Of a DNA stretch of 62,518 nt, positions 37,835 to 49,090 are shown piece by piece. The notes under the pieces are model-generated. The model searched no databases. It was not told the DNA's origin and worked only from the letters and a program-made list of their open reading frames with translations. The DNA comes from Saprolegnia diclina VS20. Taxonomy: Eukaryota. Positions within the stretch are counted from its first letter, which is position 1. Each line of letters begins with the position of its first letter. The stretch lies in assembly GCF_000281045.1 (NCBI RefSeq), contig NW_008246105.1, forward strand, positions 133,644-196,161, written 5' to 3'. The position numbers and the translations under genes were made by a program.

Positions 37835-38930
37835 CTACTGGCTGCTGCCGAGCTCAATCGTGTCGCCTTGGTCGCTCGCCTTGTGCATGCTCTCGCGCGT
37901 CTTTTGCCACACGAGGAGGAGCTCGTCGCGCTGTTGCCGTGCGCCGACGTGACCCAAGTCGGCAGCGATCGAGAGCCACTCGAGCGCGCGGTCGGCGTTC
38001 CGTTCGCTCAGGTACAGCCACCCGAGCTGCGCCGCCACGTCCTATAAGAGCTGATTTGTATTGCAGATGTGTAGATGGAGTACCTTGTCCTTGGCAATCT
38101 CCCAGGCGGTGAAGAGCAGCGTGCGCGCTTCGTCCCAGGCTTCGTGCTGCTGCAAGACGAACGCGAGGCCCATCATGGCCAAGTCAAAGTCGGGCTTGAG
38201 CGCAATGGCCTTGCGGTAGTGCTACCTCAGTTCTTAGTGGCATCCTCGAGACCACCGCGCGCACCTTCTCGGCGTGAAGCCAGCGCTTGGTTTCGGCCAA
38301 GTGGTTGGCGTAGTTGTACAGTAGCTCCAAGTGCTCGCTGTCGACGCTCAGTCCTTTCTCGTACCTAGCACACTCTTGCTTCAGGCTTCGTCCTGTAGCG
38401 TGTGGGTACCATGATTCGGCTTGCGTCGTGTTGCCGAGGTGGCCGTAGCTCAGTGCGAGGCTGTTGGACAAGTAGGCGCGCATGAGCTTGGTCTCGTCCT
38501 TGGTCGTGATCTTCTCCTACGCAAACATCGATCGTTTGACATGCGTCGACGGGAGCGAGATCGCGTGTACGGCATCGTGCGTGCGCACGCTGCGCAGCGC
38601 CGACTTGTAGTACTCGATCGCTACGTCGTACTGCTCGGCCGAGTAGTACGAGTCGCCGCGCCGCTTGGTCGTTGCCACGTCCTTCATCCACCCGGACGGC
38701 GCGCGGAGACTGTCGCTCGCATCCAACTCGATGCCATCAGAGAAGAAGGCCATTACGATCGCGACGAGGACTATCGCCATTGGAATGCCGAAGACCGCCG
38801 TCTACGCGTCCAGCTGCTGACTGCGTGGCCTATGGTAGAGCATGCGAGGTACCTTGACCAGTGTTTCCTTGCGCTTCTTGGCATCGTCTTTGGCCTTGAG
38901 GCGCGTGGCGAGGCCGTGCGGCTTGGACAT
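37835..38930 (-). CDS. Membrane-anchored TPR protein
   Basis: MSKPHGLATRLKAK../TAVFGIPMAIVLVAIVMAFF (TM), then TPRs KRRGDSYYSAEQYDVAIEYYKSAL and LLYNYANHL...YRKAIALKPDF; multi-exon. Confidence 0.75.
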
Positions 38931-39277
38931 CTCGTGTGCAACTGCTGGCGCCCGCTCGCAGCGGATCCGATCCGGATACTGCGTCGAAGGTTTGCGAAAA
39001 GTTCGATCGAATCTCGAAATTCGCTCATTTTATTGTATTCCATACAAAAGATAGTATATATAATTGTCGTGGAAACGAGCGTATCCGGAATGGGTGGGAA
39101 GTTGAAGTTGAGCGTCGGTCGCACGCCCCAGGACGACCGGCGGTGGAAGCCTCATCCTCGCCATGGCGGCCAGCAACTCGCCATGCCGCCAAGCAACTCG
39201 TCATGTTCAGTAGGAAGGCTGCATGCACAATAGACTCAAGACATGGTGGATTGATATCGCATTGGGTACACCGAGGC

Positions 39278-39931
39278 TTACTTGGACGCAGCCGCGAAGC
39301 GCTCCTCGACGTTCTTCCAGTTGACAATCTCCCAGATGGCCTTGAGGTAGTCGGGGCGCACGTTCTTGTAGTCCAAGTAGTAGGCATGCTCCCAGACGTC
39401 CACGCCGAGGAGCGGGATCAAGCCCACGGTGCTCAACGGGTCCTGGTTGGCCAACGCCGCGTACTGAATGCGCTTCTGGACCGGGTTGTAGCCCAACCAG
39501 CCCCAGCCACTGCCCTGGACAGCGGCCGTCTGGGCGCTGAACGTGGCCTTGAACGCTTCAAACGAGCCAAACTCCTTCTCGATGGCCTGCTTGAGGGCGC
39601 CCGTGGGCTCGCCACCACCGCCGTTTTTGGGCGGCGCGAGGTTGGTCCAGAAGATCGAGTGGTTGATGTGGCCGCCGCCGTTGAAGCGGATGCCCTGCTG
39701 CAAGGCGATCATCTTGGGCACGTCGTTCTTGGCCTGCGCCTCGGCGTACTGTTCCGAGAGCGCGTTGTAGTTGGTCACGTACGCCGCATGGTGCTTGCTG
39801 TGGTGGAGTTCCATGATCTTGGCCGAGATGATGGGTTCGAGCTCGTTGTAGTCGTACTCCAGCACCGGGAGCATGGCCTTGACCGAGAAGGCGCGGACTT
39901 GCTTCGTCGAGTGGCGGCGGATCGCTTGCAT
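39278..39931 (-). CDS. SOD2: Mitochondrial Mn superoxide dismutase
   Basis: Intronless, 217 aa. [26 protein letters not shown] and DVWEHAYY motifs; short Arg-rich presequence. Confidence 0.97.
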   Translation of the reverse strand: MQAIRRHSTKQVRAFSVKAMLPVLEYDYNELEPIISAKIMELHHSKHHAAYVTNYNALSEQYAEAQAKNDVPKMIALQQGIRFNGGGHINHSIFWTNLAPPKNGGGGEPTGALKQAIEKEFGSFEAFKATFSAQTAAVQGSGWGWLGYNPVQKRIQYAALANQDPLSTVGLIPLLGVDVWEHAYYLDYKNVRPDYLKAIWEIVNWKNVEERFAAASK

Positions 39932-40823
39932 CGCAGGTTGCTAATCACAGAGTGAACAAGTCCTGGCCACAGACAGATGCGCAGTCCGGATAAAAAGACC
40001 GATCCTTCCGGATATAGGGTGAATCTTCGCGAGCGTCCAACCTTGGAATGTGTTAGACTGAGAAAAACGTGTGCAAACGTGTTTCACGGGATGTTAGACC
40101 TCCTCACCTGTCTGTTATACCTCCAACGGTCGCTTGGGTGCAACATTATAACCCAGCAAGAATTTGTAAAAAAGGCGCTCCCCGTCGATCGCTGGCGAAT
40201 TCGCCCGTCCCACGATGGGCGCGTGCGCGGGCTGCCCGCTGCGAGACGCTGTAGCGTTAACTTGTGGTGCTTGCATAGTGCGACAATTCATTCGCGCGCT
40301 TTTGCTCCAGCGTGAAGTCGTTCTGATAGCAAACCTCAGGGCTTCCGCTGCAGCCTTGCAACGTTGTCAGCTTGCGCTCTCTGTGGACGATACGACAACA
40401 TTTCATTGAGCCGCATGGTCCAGCTTGAAGCGAAATGAGTGCACTCGAAGCCACCGAGTCTTTGACTGCACCAGCCTCGGAATCCATCCAGCGTGCGAGT
40501 GGCCAGAGATATCCTTGGTCGGCAGAAGTGCATGTACAGATAGCTCCATCCAAATGAGTTGCTCGTCATGGCACAGCCAAGTCTTCAAGCGCAGTGGCAG
40601 CCTCCAGCAACATTGGTGAGTTCGTTGGGTGCAGCCTTGGACGCAGTCCTAATTAGGCATCGATCCTCCAGGCAAGATTCAGTGTAATAGGTCTGTTTTT
40701 CAGCCAATCACAGGTGACCACCACATTGCTCAAGTGGCCAATCCGGACGTGGTCGGGTTTGACTTGGGTTTTGTATGTGGAGCGTGTAGCGCTATTAAAG
40801 CCCCTATTTTTGGTTGAGGCAGC

Positions 40824-41550
40824 ATGGGCCCAGGAGCAGCTAGTAGCGCCGGCGGGGACTCGCGATCGCTGACGGAGCCCGTCTTCTTGGAGCGCGTCGC
40901 CGCGTCCGTGGGCCGGTACGCTTCTTGCGCTGTATGTGCACATGCCTCATGCAGCGAATCGCTCTAGAAAGTGGCAGCACGTGCTCGACCAGAGCACGAT
41001 CCATGTGACCGGCCGCTGGGTCTTCTCCGCCGTGCTCTTGGTCGTGTACCTCGCGCGCGTCTTGACGCTCAACTCGTTCCACATCATTACCTATGGCCTT
41101 GGTATCTATTTGCTCAACCTCTTCATCGGGTTCCTCTCGCCGCAGGTTCATATTCGCTTCGATCGTCGTCCAGATAGGCTCATGATGGCTTTGTAGATTG
41201 ACCCGGAGACCGACGGCCCCGTGCTGCCGTCCTCCAAGAGCGAAGAGTTCCGCCCGTTTAGCCGTCGTGTGCCCGAGTTCAAGTTTTGGTACGCGACGAC
41301 CAAGGCCACGTTCTACGCGCTGTTCATGACGTTCTTTGAGATCTTCAACATCCCGGTACGGCATCATCCTGCACTACATTCGTCGCTCATGCGCTCGCAG
41401 GTGTTTTGGCCGATTCTGCTCATGTACTTCATCGTGCTCTTTACGCTCACGATGAAGCGCCAGATCAAGCACATGTGGAAGCACAACTACGTGCCTTGGA
41501 ACCACGGCAAGCAAGTCTACAAGGGCAAGCCCCAGAAGGACAGCAAGTAG
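40824..41550 (+). CDS. RER1: ER retrieval receptor Rer1
   Basis: [37 protein letters not shown] and [25 protein letters not shown]; three introns. Confidence 0.96.
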
Positions 41551-41614
41551 GAAGTAGCGTAAACCGCTGCGGTCGAATAGATTGATATCGTCCTTCGTAC
41601 TACGTCAGCAGCAA

Positions 41615-42744
41615 CTAGCGCGTACTACTACTACTCGAACTACTCGCAGCCATCGCCGACGTGGCCGGCCGCGGTATCCTCTCGGCCACCACGAGCGTCG
41701 GCAGCCCCTCGTTCTCCTCGTGCTGCTCATTGTTGTCGTCGTCGTCGCTGGTAGCTTGCATCCCTCTGGCGTCGTCGCTTTGGTCGCTTACAAGCTGTCC
41801 CAATGGCACTTTGAGTGAGCTTGTCGATGTGAGAGGCCGGGCCTTCTGTAAAATCAGAGGCAGCACCGACGCATTTGCGTCCGGTGGCTTCGTGTGGCCG
41901 CGCAACCGCTTGCTGTACGGCGATGCTTGCACCTACAACGTACTTGCTATCATCGTCTCGGAGCGGCCGTACCTTCTCGAGCACGTGCAAGAGAGTCTCG
42001 GGTTGGGGCAGCTTCTTCTTGGTCTTGACGGCGCACGCTACTGGCGGCGCTTTCTCTTGCAGCAGCTCTGCACGCCGGTTGGTAAGGCGAGGAGCAAGGC
42101 CGTGGAACAGTGTTTACCTCGTCGCTTCGCCTTGTCTTGTTCGAGCATAGCATCTAACTCCGTGCGCATGCCACGTCAGTGCAAGCCGATTGCGGATCGA
42201 TTGCGTGACGCACCCCACGTGGCCTGTTCGGCCTTCTTGCGCTGACGCTCGGCGCGGTCAGTCTCGCGCTTCTTTTCCTTCCAGCGCTCAAACTGGGCCT
42301 CTACGTCACATAGTACGATGGTCGTCGGACGAGTGCGAAGGTGAACAGCGGCTACCGTCGTCGCCGGGCTTTGGTGCGCGCGCTTCCAAGCTCGCAAGCA
42401 CGTTGTTGTCCTCCTGCACTCATAGCATCGATGTCTATATACGATCGACGCACCTGCTTTTGCTTGGCGAGCACGTCGGCTTTGCGCTGCTTCCATCGGC
42501 GCCAGACCGCGTCGTTCTCTTCGTTTGAGAGCTCTTTCGGTTTGTGGGGTTTGGTTGACGCCGAATCTTCGAGGCGGTGGCGGTAGTGGTGGCGCTTGCT
42601 CTTGGGCGGCGAGAGGTCGAGATTCTGGAGCTCCCGCTTGGGCAAGAGCAGCGCGTCTTGGTACTTTTGACGGTAAGCGTGCACGCCCGTAATGCTCTCC
42701 TCGTATTTCTTCTTGGACGACGGAAGCCCCAGGCGCGCCAACAT
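41615..42744 (-). CDS. Hypothetical basic coiled-coil protein
   Basis: ORF pieces MLARLGLPSSKKKYEES..AVWRRWKQRK, AQFERWKEKKRE and QASPYSKRL..SSSSTR*, joinable by short introns. Exon structure uncertain. Confidence 0.55.
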
Positions 42745-43001
42745 CCCCCGTCGTGCTAGTTACAAGCGCGTTAAAACAGAGCTCGAAACGACTCAGATCT
42801 AAGCTCAGCAAATTGATCTCTCGTGTTGGTGCTGCACGCCCGAGACATCAGCGCAGTTTTCGAAGAAGTATTAGTTTTAGTTGTAATACTCGTTGTAGTT
42901 GTAGTTAGAGCTGTAGTAGTCCATACTGAGCCTTCACTGGACGCTCGAGGTTGGATGCAACACGGATGCAGAGAAGTATGTATGGTAGTGACAAGGTGGC
43001 A

Positions 43002-44184
43002 TTACGAAGACAGCGGCTTCTCGATCGACGCGAGATGATGGCGCAAGACCTTGGCAAAGCCGCCGCGCTTGAGCAAAAGGTAGGCGACGTCGAGCAGTCG
43101 CTTGGCTTCATTCTACACGACGTGAGCCCTGCGATGCAAGATGCAGTGAACGTACGCTGTACGTGTCGCGGTGGGCAAAGAGGTCGAGTCCGAGCTGCAG
43201 CGCCGTGCCAAACTCGCACTCGTCGACCGCAATGTTGGCGCGTGTAAGCAAATCGTCGACGTCTTTGCTCCGCGGCTTGGAGAGAAGCTTTTGCAGCTGG
43301 TGACGTTGCGTCGGGAGCGCTCGGAAACCGACGCCCGTCGTTGGGTGGATCGGCACGCAAATCCCCAAGCCACTCAGCGTCGGCGCAGTCCACTTGCGCT
43401 CGCATGTCGCAGCTCTAGCTCGCTTTGTTGGGCGCTTTGGACTCACGGCCACGACAAAGGGTGTCAAGTGCGACAATAGGCCGTCGACCGTGCCGCGGGG
43501 TTGCTCGAGGAGCTTGGCGTGGACCACGTCGACAAGGCTGCGACCTCGAAACTCGAATGTTCCCTAGTACAACGCTCACGCTTGAGCGCTAACGTCATTT
43601 CTGCGTGCGTACTGCATCGTTCGAGCCCTCCACGACATGCGTTGGTGTGTCTTTGGGTGCGTCGCTACTCGCCATGAGGTACAGGGCTGGTGAGGCAATA
43701 TGTAGTCTACCGCAAGTAGCCGAAATGAAAGGTCGGCGACGAGGCCACCGTGATGACCTCGGGCGGGTCGTAGTAGCATCGGCCGTGCAAGAAGACCTAC
43801 GCGGCCTGCTGGCTCACAACCGCCTCCTGCGAGATGCGGTACCGGCGTCGGCAAGGTCGGTGCAGTCGACAGCGCCATGTACGGACCCGTGAGTTCAAGG
43901 CCAAGCGATGCTTTGAACGCATCTACGAATGCACAAATGAAGCGCTTTCGGCTCGGTTGGCAACCCGCACCGGTAGGCTGCCCGGGGGCAATGCTGCGTG
44001 CAATCGCGTAGAGCGTGAAGAAGTCGGCCGGCGCCTCAAAGTACCATTCCTTCGCCAGCATCAACTTCCACGCTGCAATTTGGTCATCGCTAAAGCCTTG
44101 GATTGCAGGTACGAGCCCGTCGTCCGCGGTCGTCAAGACCTCGGCCGGTCGGCTGCGCTTCGTGGCAGCGCGCGTCGGGGCCAT
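43002..44184 (-). CDS. HPF1: Histone PARylation factor 1 (DUF2228)
   Basis: Spliced product contains HGRCYYDPPEV, FHFGYLR/DAP, TLSGLGICVP..GVGFRALP, ANIAVDECEFGTALQLGLDLF and VAYLLLKRGGFAKVLRHHL, matching the HPF1 signature segments. Confidence 0.88.
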
Positions 44185-44466
44185 GGCCAAGAATTATAGA
44201 CTGGTTTTGATTGGCGGTCCTCTAGCCAATCACAGACGCGGATTACGCCTCTCCCGCCGCCAGCCTGCGCTGCTGGTCGACGGCGTGGCTGGCAGCGCAC
44301 GAAGCACCAGGTCGGAGCCACTTTCTCCAGCGCCAAATGCTGCTATTCGCAGGGTCTTGCTGTATCAACATGAGCGGAGTCATTGATCATTAAGCAAAGC
44401 TCCTGCCAACAAACTCTGTTCATGCAGCCCAGCACCATGCCGCATCCGAGTACCGGCGGTACCTCT

Positions 44467-45921
44467 TTACATGTCGTCGAGGCCAAAGGCGTGGAGGTGG
44501 AGGCGAGGGACATTCGGGAAGATTGTAATGACGGTATGCATAAACCCCACGGGGCCGCAGACCGCAATCTTCGAAGCATCCGGGCGCACAGCGTGGAAGT
44601 CATCCGCACGCGGCCGGCCCTTGTGGTAAAAGACGTGCAATTGCGCTGACGCTATGGCTTTGAGCTCGTGCTGGAACGGCGTCCCAGACGTCGTGTAGAC
44701 GTGAAGGTAAATGCGCTCGTAGCGCACGTCGCCGACGGCGTCGGGCAACAGCGACAGCATGGTCGATAGCCCCGACCCGCCCGCGACCAAGACGAGCTCC
44801 GAATGGAGCTGTGGCTGGAGCTCAAACGCACCAGGAATGGGCGTGAGTACGTTGATGGATGTGCCCAGCGCTACGTCGTGCAGCAGCGGACTCAGCGCGC
44901 CGCTCGGAACCCGCTTGACAAGGACGCCCATGCGATGCCGGGCATGCATCTCGCTTGCTACCAGCGCCAGCGGCACGGGCGTGTACGATCGCGTCACACC
45001 TGCCATTCGCAGCGCGCAGTGGTGCCCTGGCGTGACCCGGTCGAGGACGGAGCCGGCCGGCGACTCGAGGACGAGCAGCGCCATGTCGGGCGCAACAAGC
45101 TGCCGCGCCACGAGCGTGCATGGCTCAAACGCCGTGTGCAGCATGGACGCAAAGGCGGCGGGCGTCTTGGCATACGCTTCCGTGAGCATGTACCCGGACG
45201 CGAGCACGACCAGCGAGACGACGCCGAGGCGCAGACGCGTGTCGTCTTGAATGTGCTCGGCGAAGATGCTGTCGAGGATGATGGGCACCTGGTCGAGGAG
45301 TGGGACGTCTTGCATTAATGAGAGGCTGTGGAGCAAGCCCACGCCTGGCCGCATGGCCATGATGGCCGCCGCCAAAATGTACGCGCGCGTCATGTAGTAC
45401 CGGTGCAGCTCGACCTGGCCGCGCGTGATGGCGCTGACGCCAGCGTACAGCGTGTAGACCCAGATCGGGGAAAAGATGACCGCGGCGACAAGGATGCCGA
45501 GGCCGCCTTCGAGCGACGTCTTTGCGATGAGCATCATGGTCCAGACAGCAACAAACGCGATGCCAGCGGCCGCGAGCGCAACGTACCCGATGGTGCGGTG
45601 GCGGCGCAGATCCGACGTGCGAAACCCGGGAAAGAGCTGCAGCGTCGACAGCAGGAGCCACACCGACCCAGAGAGGACGTGGACGTACGATGCGTAGCGC
45701 ACGGTCGTGTCCTTGTAGATGCGGACGGCGCCAATCGGCGACAAGAGAAAGTACACGAGCACGTAGGCAAGGACAAAGAGGACGGCGACGCTTGCAGCGG
45801 CCCAGCGCAAGCAGGCGAGGCCCTTGGCGTCTCGGGCCAGTTGCCGGCGCTTGGCGTCGGCGCGGGCCACATCTGGCACGACCTCAAACGTCTTTGCATG
45901 CACCTTGGCCGCTGTCGACAT
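44467..45921 (-). CDS. DUF2306-like membrane domain fused to an FNR/cytochrome-b5-reductase-like FAD/NAD(P)-binding module; intronless
   Basis: Single 484-aa ORF. Membrane part: HVLSGSVWLLLSTLQL..RRHRTIGY..VELHRYYMTRAY. Reductase part: RSYTPV, GALSPLL, VAGGSGLST, CGPVGFM. Confidence 0.8.
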   Translation of the reverse strand: MSTAAKVHAKTFEVVPDVARADAKRRQLARDAKGLACLRWAAASVAVLFVLAYVLVYFLLSPIGAVRIYKDTTVRYASYVHVLSGSVWLLLSTLQLFPGFRTSDLRRHRTIGYVALAAAGIAFVAVWTMMLIAKTSLEGGLGILVAAVIFSPIWVYTLYAGVSAITRGQVELHRYYMTRAYILAAAIMAMRPGVGLLHSLSLMQDVPLLDQVPIILDSIFAEHIQDDTRLRLGVVSLVVLASGYMLTEAYAKTPAAFASMLHTAFEPCTLVARQLVAPDMALLVLESPAGSVLDRVTPGHHCALRMAGVTRSYTPVPLALVASEMHARHRMGVLVKRVPSGALSPLLHDVALGTSINVLTPIPGAFELQPQLHSELVLVAGGSGLSTMLSLLPDAVGDVRYERIYLHVYTTSGTPFQHELKAIASAQLHVFYHKGRPRADDFHAVRPDASKIAVCGPVGFMHTVITIFPNVPRLHLHAFGLDDM

Positions 45922-46788
45922 GGCAGCGCGTTCAAAAGTGCCATGTCAATCCATCGAACCGTTGAAGATCTGGTCACAGCCGTGAAATAGTGTGAAAATG
46001 ACTCTGACCATCGACGAGATACTTCACGCTTGGTAGAGCGATCGAGTCCAAGACACAGCTCGATCTGCTGAGTGCTCTTTGTCAGTGTGTATGTATCGTC
46101 AGACGATGCGTACCCAATAGCAAGGACCGAGAAGGTGCGTGAATCCAACACTATTTCAGAGAGAAAGGCGGCCAAGCACTGATGATGCCAGCCATCATCA
46201 GCAACGCTGGACCTGCAAGATGAGAACGAGTGCAAGATGATTGCCAAGAGGCTAGAGATGACGGCGATGAAGGCGACCCATCGAACCAAGGCACGCTACT
46301 ATATGTGCCCGATGCATCGAACACGAGCAGCGATAGCACTTGCTCCTCATGTCGGTGTCGGCTTGTCCTAGGACCTTGCTCCTCCGGCTTCCAAAATAGG
46401 GATCCAAAGGAACTGCGCAAACGACTTAGCGTGCGTGGCTGGCTTATGGGTTATAGCTCTAGCGGTCAACTCTCTCGACATGGCGTGCTTGCGGCCACCC
46501 GTGCACCATTGCCACAACTCAGGACGCGCGATGCCGTCGTGCTTGCAGGAGAGTGCTGCGAACGGCTCCATGTCGCGCCTCCTCCGTACGGCGGGATCCC
46601 ACGGGTGCCAGGAGGTGCGACGGCCAGGGCGAGGCAAACACCTGCGAGGACACAGCGGTGCGGGCGAGAAGAGATTGTATCGAGCGCGAGGTGCGACTAC
46701 GGTGGTCGTAATCGAACTTTGTGCATTCAGATTAAGATCAACGAGGTACTTCCGAGCGTCGTTTTGGTGAAGAATGAAATGAGGTCGT

Positions 46789-47166
46789 TTAGATACCGGC
46801 TTGCTTGGCGCGGACGGCAGCGTAGTACGCCTTCATCTCTTCGCGCTTGTGGAGCGCGCGGCGGTGCGTCCCGAGGCGCTTCTTGGTGAACTTGTAGATG
46901 CGCTTCTCGGCCGACGAGCCGCCCGACTTGATCATATCAAGGATGCGCTTCTCGTACGGCATCAAGCCGACGACTTCGCGGACAATGTTGCGCACGAACT
47001 GCGTCTTCTTGCCGGCGCGCTACACATCACATGGCACATGAGCATCGTCCTCGTCATGCGCAGGTAGGGAACGTACGCCCTTCTTGGCGGCCGGGCGGGG
47101 CGCGACTTCGCGCTTGGTGACGGGGTACCCCTTGGCGACACCGCAAGCAATACCGGTGGAAGACAT
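46789..47166 (-). CDS. RPL36: 60S ribosomal protein L36 (eL36)
   Basis: MSSTGIACGVAKGYPVTKR..KKG/RAGKKTQFVRNIVREVVGLMPYEKR..KKRLGTHRRA; intron 47020-47076. Confidence 0.96.
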
Positions 47167-47805
47167 CTTTCTCTTTACTTTCACACTAAAACTGAAACTT
47201 GGAATAGCTCGTCCGTGCCTCCATGCCCATGGACCTCGCCAACCAATGCTTTCCACCAATCATCTCGCGTATTCGGATACGTCCGGATAAAGGACCTCTC
47301 ACATTGGATGACAATACTCTCAGACTCGATATTCTCACACTGGCCGTTCATTGGGTCGTGTCGTCACCACTCAATGGCCTGCATCCCGACATGAGTAGTG
47401 TAGACACACTATTTCAGACTTTTCATCTTTCCGCCGGTGCATCGCAGTGCTATGACACTGGAGCGTCGTCATTAGCACTTGCCTACGGCGCTCGGTGCAT
47501 AGAGCAAGCGTAAGACGGCGTGGAGTCGGCCGCATCGTGGATCGCAGGGGTGTACGCTGCGGTCTATTCGCTGAAGATGACACTATTTGGCGGACGTGAC
47601 AGCATTTTGGGCGGTGCGCACGCGCATGGTGCACTGTGCAGCGGGGTGCAACCGAGCGGTTACGGTTGATGCATAACCGGCTAATTATGCGGTTTGGGAG
47701 GGCTTTTCTAGAATGTCTTGACGTAAGCATCCCATACAAATCGGCTGTGATCTTGGGCGTCATTTTCCTATCTTGCAATCTTGGATCATGTTCGGTTCCC
47801 GTGGC

Positions 47806-48285
47806 ATGTCGCGTCATGCGGACGTGCTCGAGCGGGCGGTCCCGACGGCGCCTGAGGAGCTCGGTCGCCTCGTCGAGGAGATCAAGCGTCGTGGCAACCA
47901 AGCCTTCTCGGCCAACATCCTCGAAGAAGCCGAGATCCTCTACTCGCGTGCGATCGAGATTGCGCTCCCGACGATGAGCGTGCACATCTTGCACAGCAAC
48001 CGCAGTGCGACGCGCCTCAAGATGGGCAAGTTTGATCTTGCTCTGGAAGATGCCGAGGCCGCGACGACGATGGACGCGTCGTTTGCCAAGGGCTACTTCC
48101 GCAAGGGCCAAGCCCTCGTGAAGCTCAAGCAGTTCTACGCCGCGATCGAAGCGCTCACGACCGCCGACAACCTCGAGGCCAACAACGCCAGCGTCAAGAA
48201 GGCGCTGCAGGAAGCCATCGCTCTCCAGGCGGCCGCTGGCACGACGGCCCCGCTCTCGCCCAAGACGAAGACGGTCTTCAACAGC

Positions 48286-48319
<34 letters not shown>

Positions 48320-49057
48320 CCAAGCCTGCCGCTGCGAAAACCGTGGCCAAGAGCGAAAAGGTCGTCGTTGACGACGACGAGGAAGTCGACGTCAAGGGCG
48401 TGCGCGGCTACAAGAAGTTGGCAGACGGCCGTGTCACGACGTTCTTCAACAACGAGCTCTCGGAGGCGGACAAGGCGCTCATCGGTGACATCGCGCCGCA
48501 GAAGATCCAAGACGTCAAGGCCGTCACGATCGCGGCCGTCGAAGGCGGGTCGGCGTGGAACCAAGGCAACACGTTTGAAGAGCGCGATATGACCAAGTTT
48601 GCCCACGACCGCGTCTCGGAGCTTGTGCGCGCGACGGCCCCGCAGCCGTGCACGCTCGCCGGCGCGCCCGGTCTCCTCGTCGTCAAGGACATCAAGGACA
48701 TGTCGGGCGAAGCGTCGATCGCCGTCGTGCGCGGTGCCAAGCGGTGCGTCGCTTCCTCCTCTCCTTGCGGTCGTATGCACCTCTCTCTGTAGGTACATTT
48801 TCGACCTCCTCTTTACGGTCGAGTGCGAATGGAAGGCAACAAACGGTACCGAGACGATCCAGGGCCAGCTCAAGTTTGTCGACATGAGCTCCGACTGCGG
48901 CGGTGACTACGACGTCGAGGTCGTCGTTGCCGAGCGCTACTCGCACCCCAAGGGCAAGGAGCTCCACCAAGCGCTCTCGACGAAGGCGTCGTCCGGTCTC
49001 CAGGCGGCGCTCTTCCAGCAGCTCAACGTCTTTGTGAAAGAGTACCAGTCCAATTAA
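47806..49057 (+). CDS. TPR + Aha1 N-domain co-chaperone-like fusion
   Basis: TPR: KRRGNQAF..LHSNRSATRLKMG..KGYFRKGQAL. Aha1-N-like: GSAWNQGNTFEERDMTKFAHDRVSEL..SGEASIAVVRGAKR/YIFDL. One intron ~48744-48792; alternative start 47788. Confidence 0.85.
48286..48318 (+). repeat. Coding (ACG)11 microsatellite encoding poly-Thr
   Basis: acg repeated in frame within the TPR-Aha1 linker. Confidence 0.9.
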
Positions 49058-49090
49058 ACCGTCCTCAATATGCCTCCAATGCCCCTGTCT

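Noticed and set aside
42951..43479. Plus-strand ORFs that look coiled-coil-like (MYGSDKVALRR...)
   Set aside because: They overlap HPF1 exons on the opposite strand, which carry the conserved motifs.
46000..46780. Several overlapping ORFs between the reductase fusion and RPL36
   Set aside because: No motif or consistent codon bias; no transposase or terminal repeats seen.
47371..48885. 504-aa minus-strand ORF
   Set aside because: Antisense shadow of the TPR-Aha1 gene, caused by GC3-biased codon use; no protein motifs.
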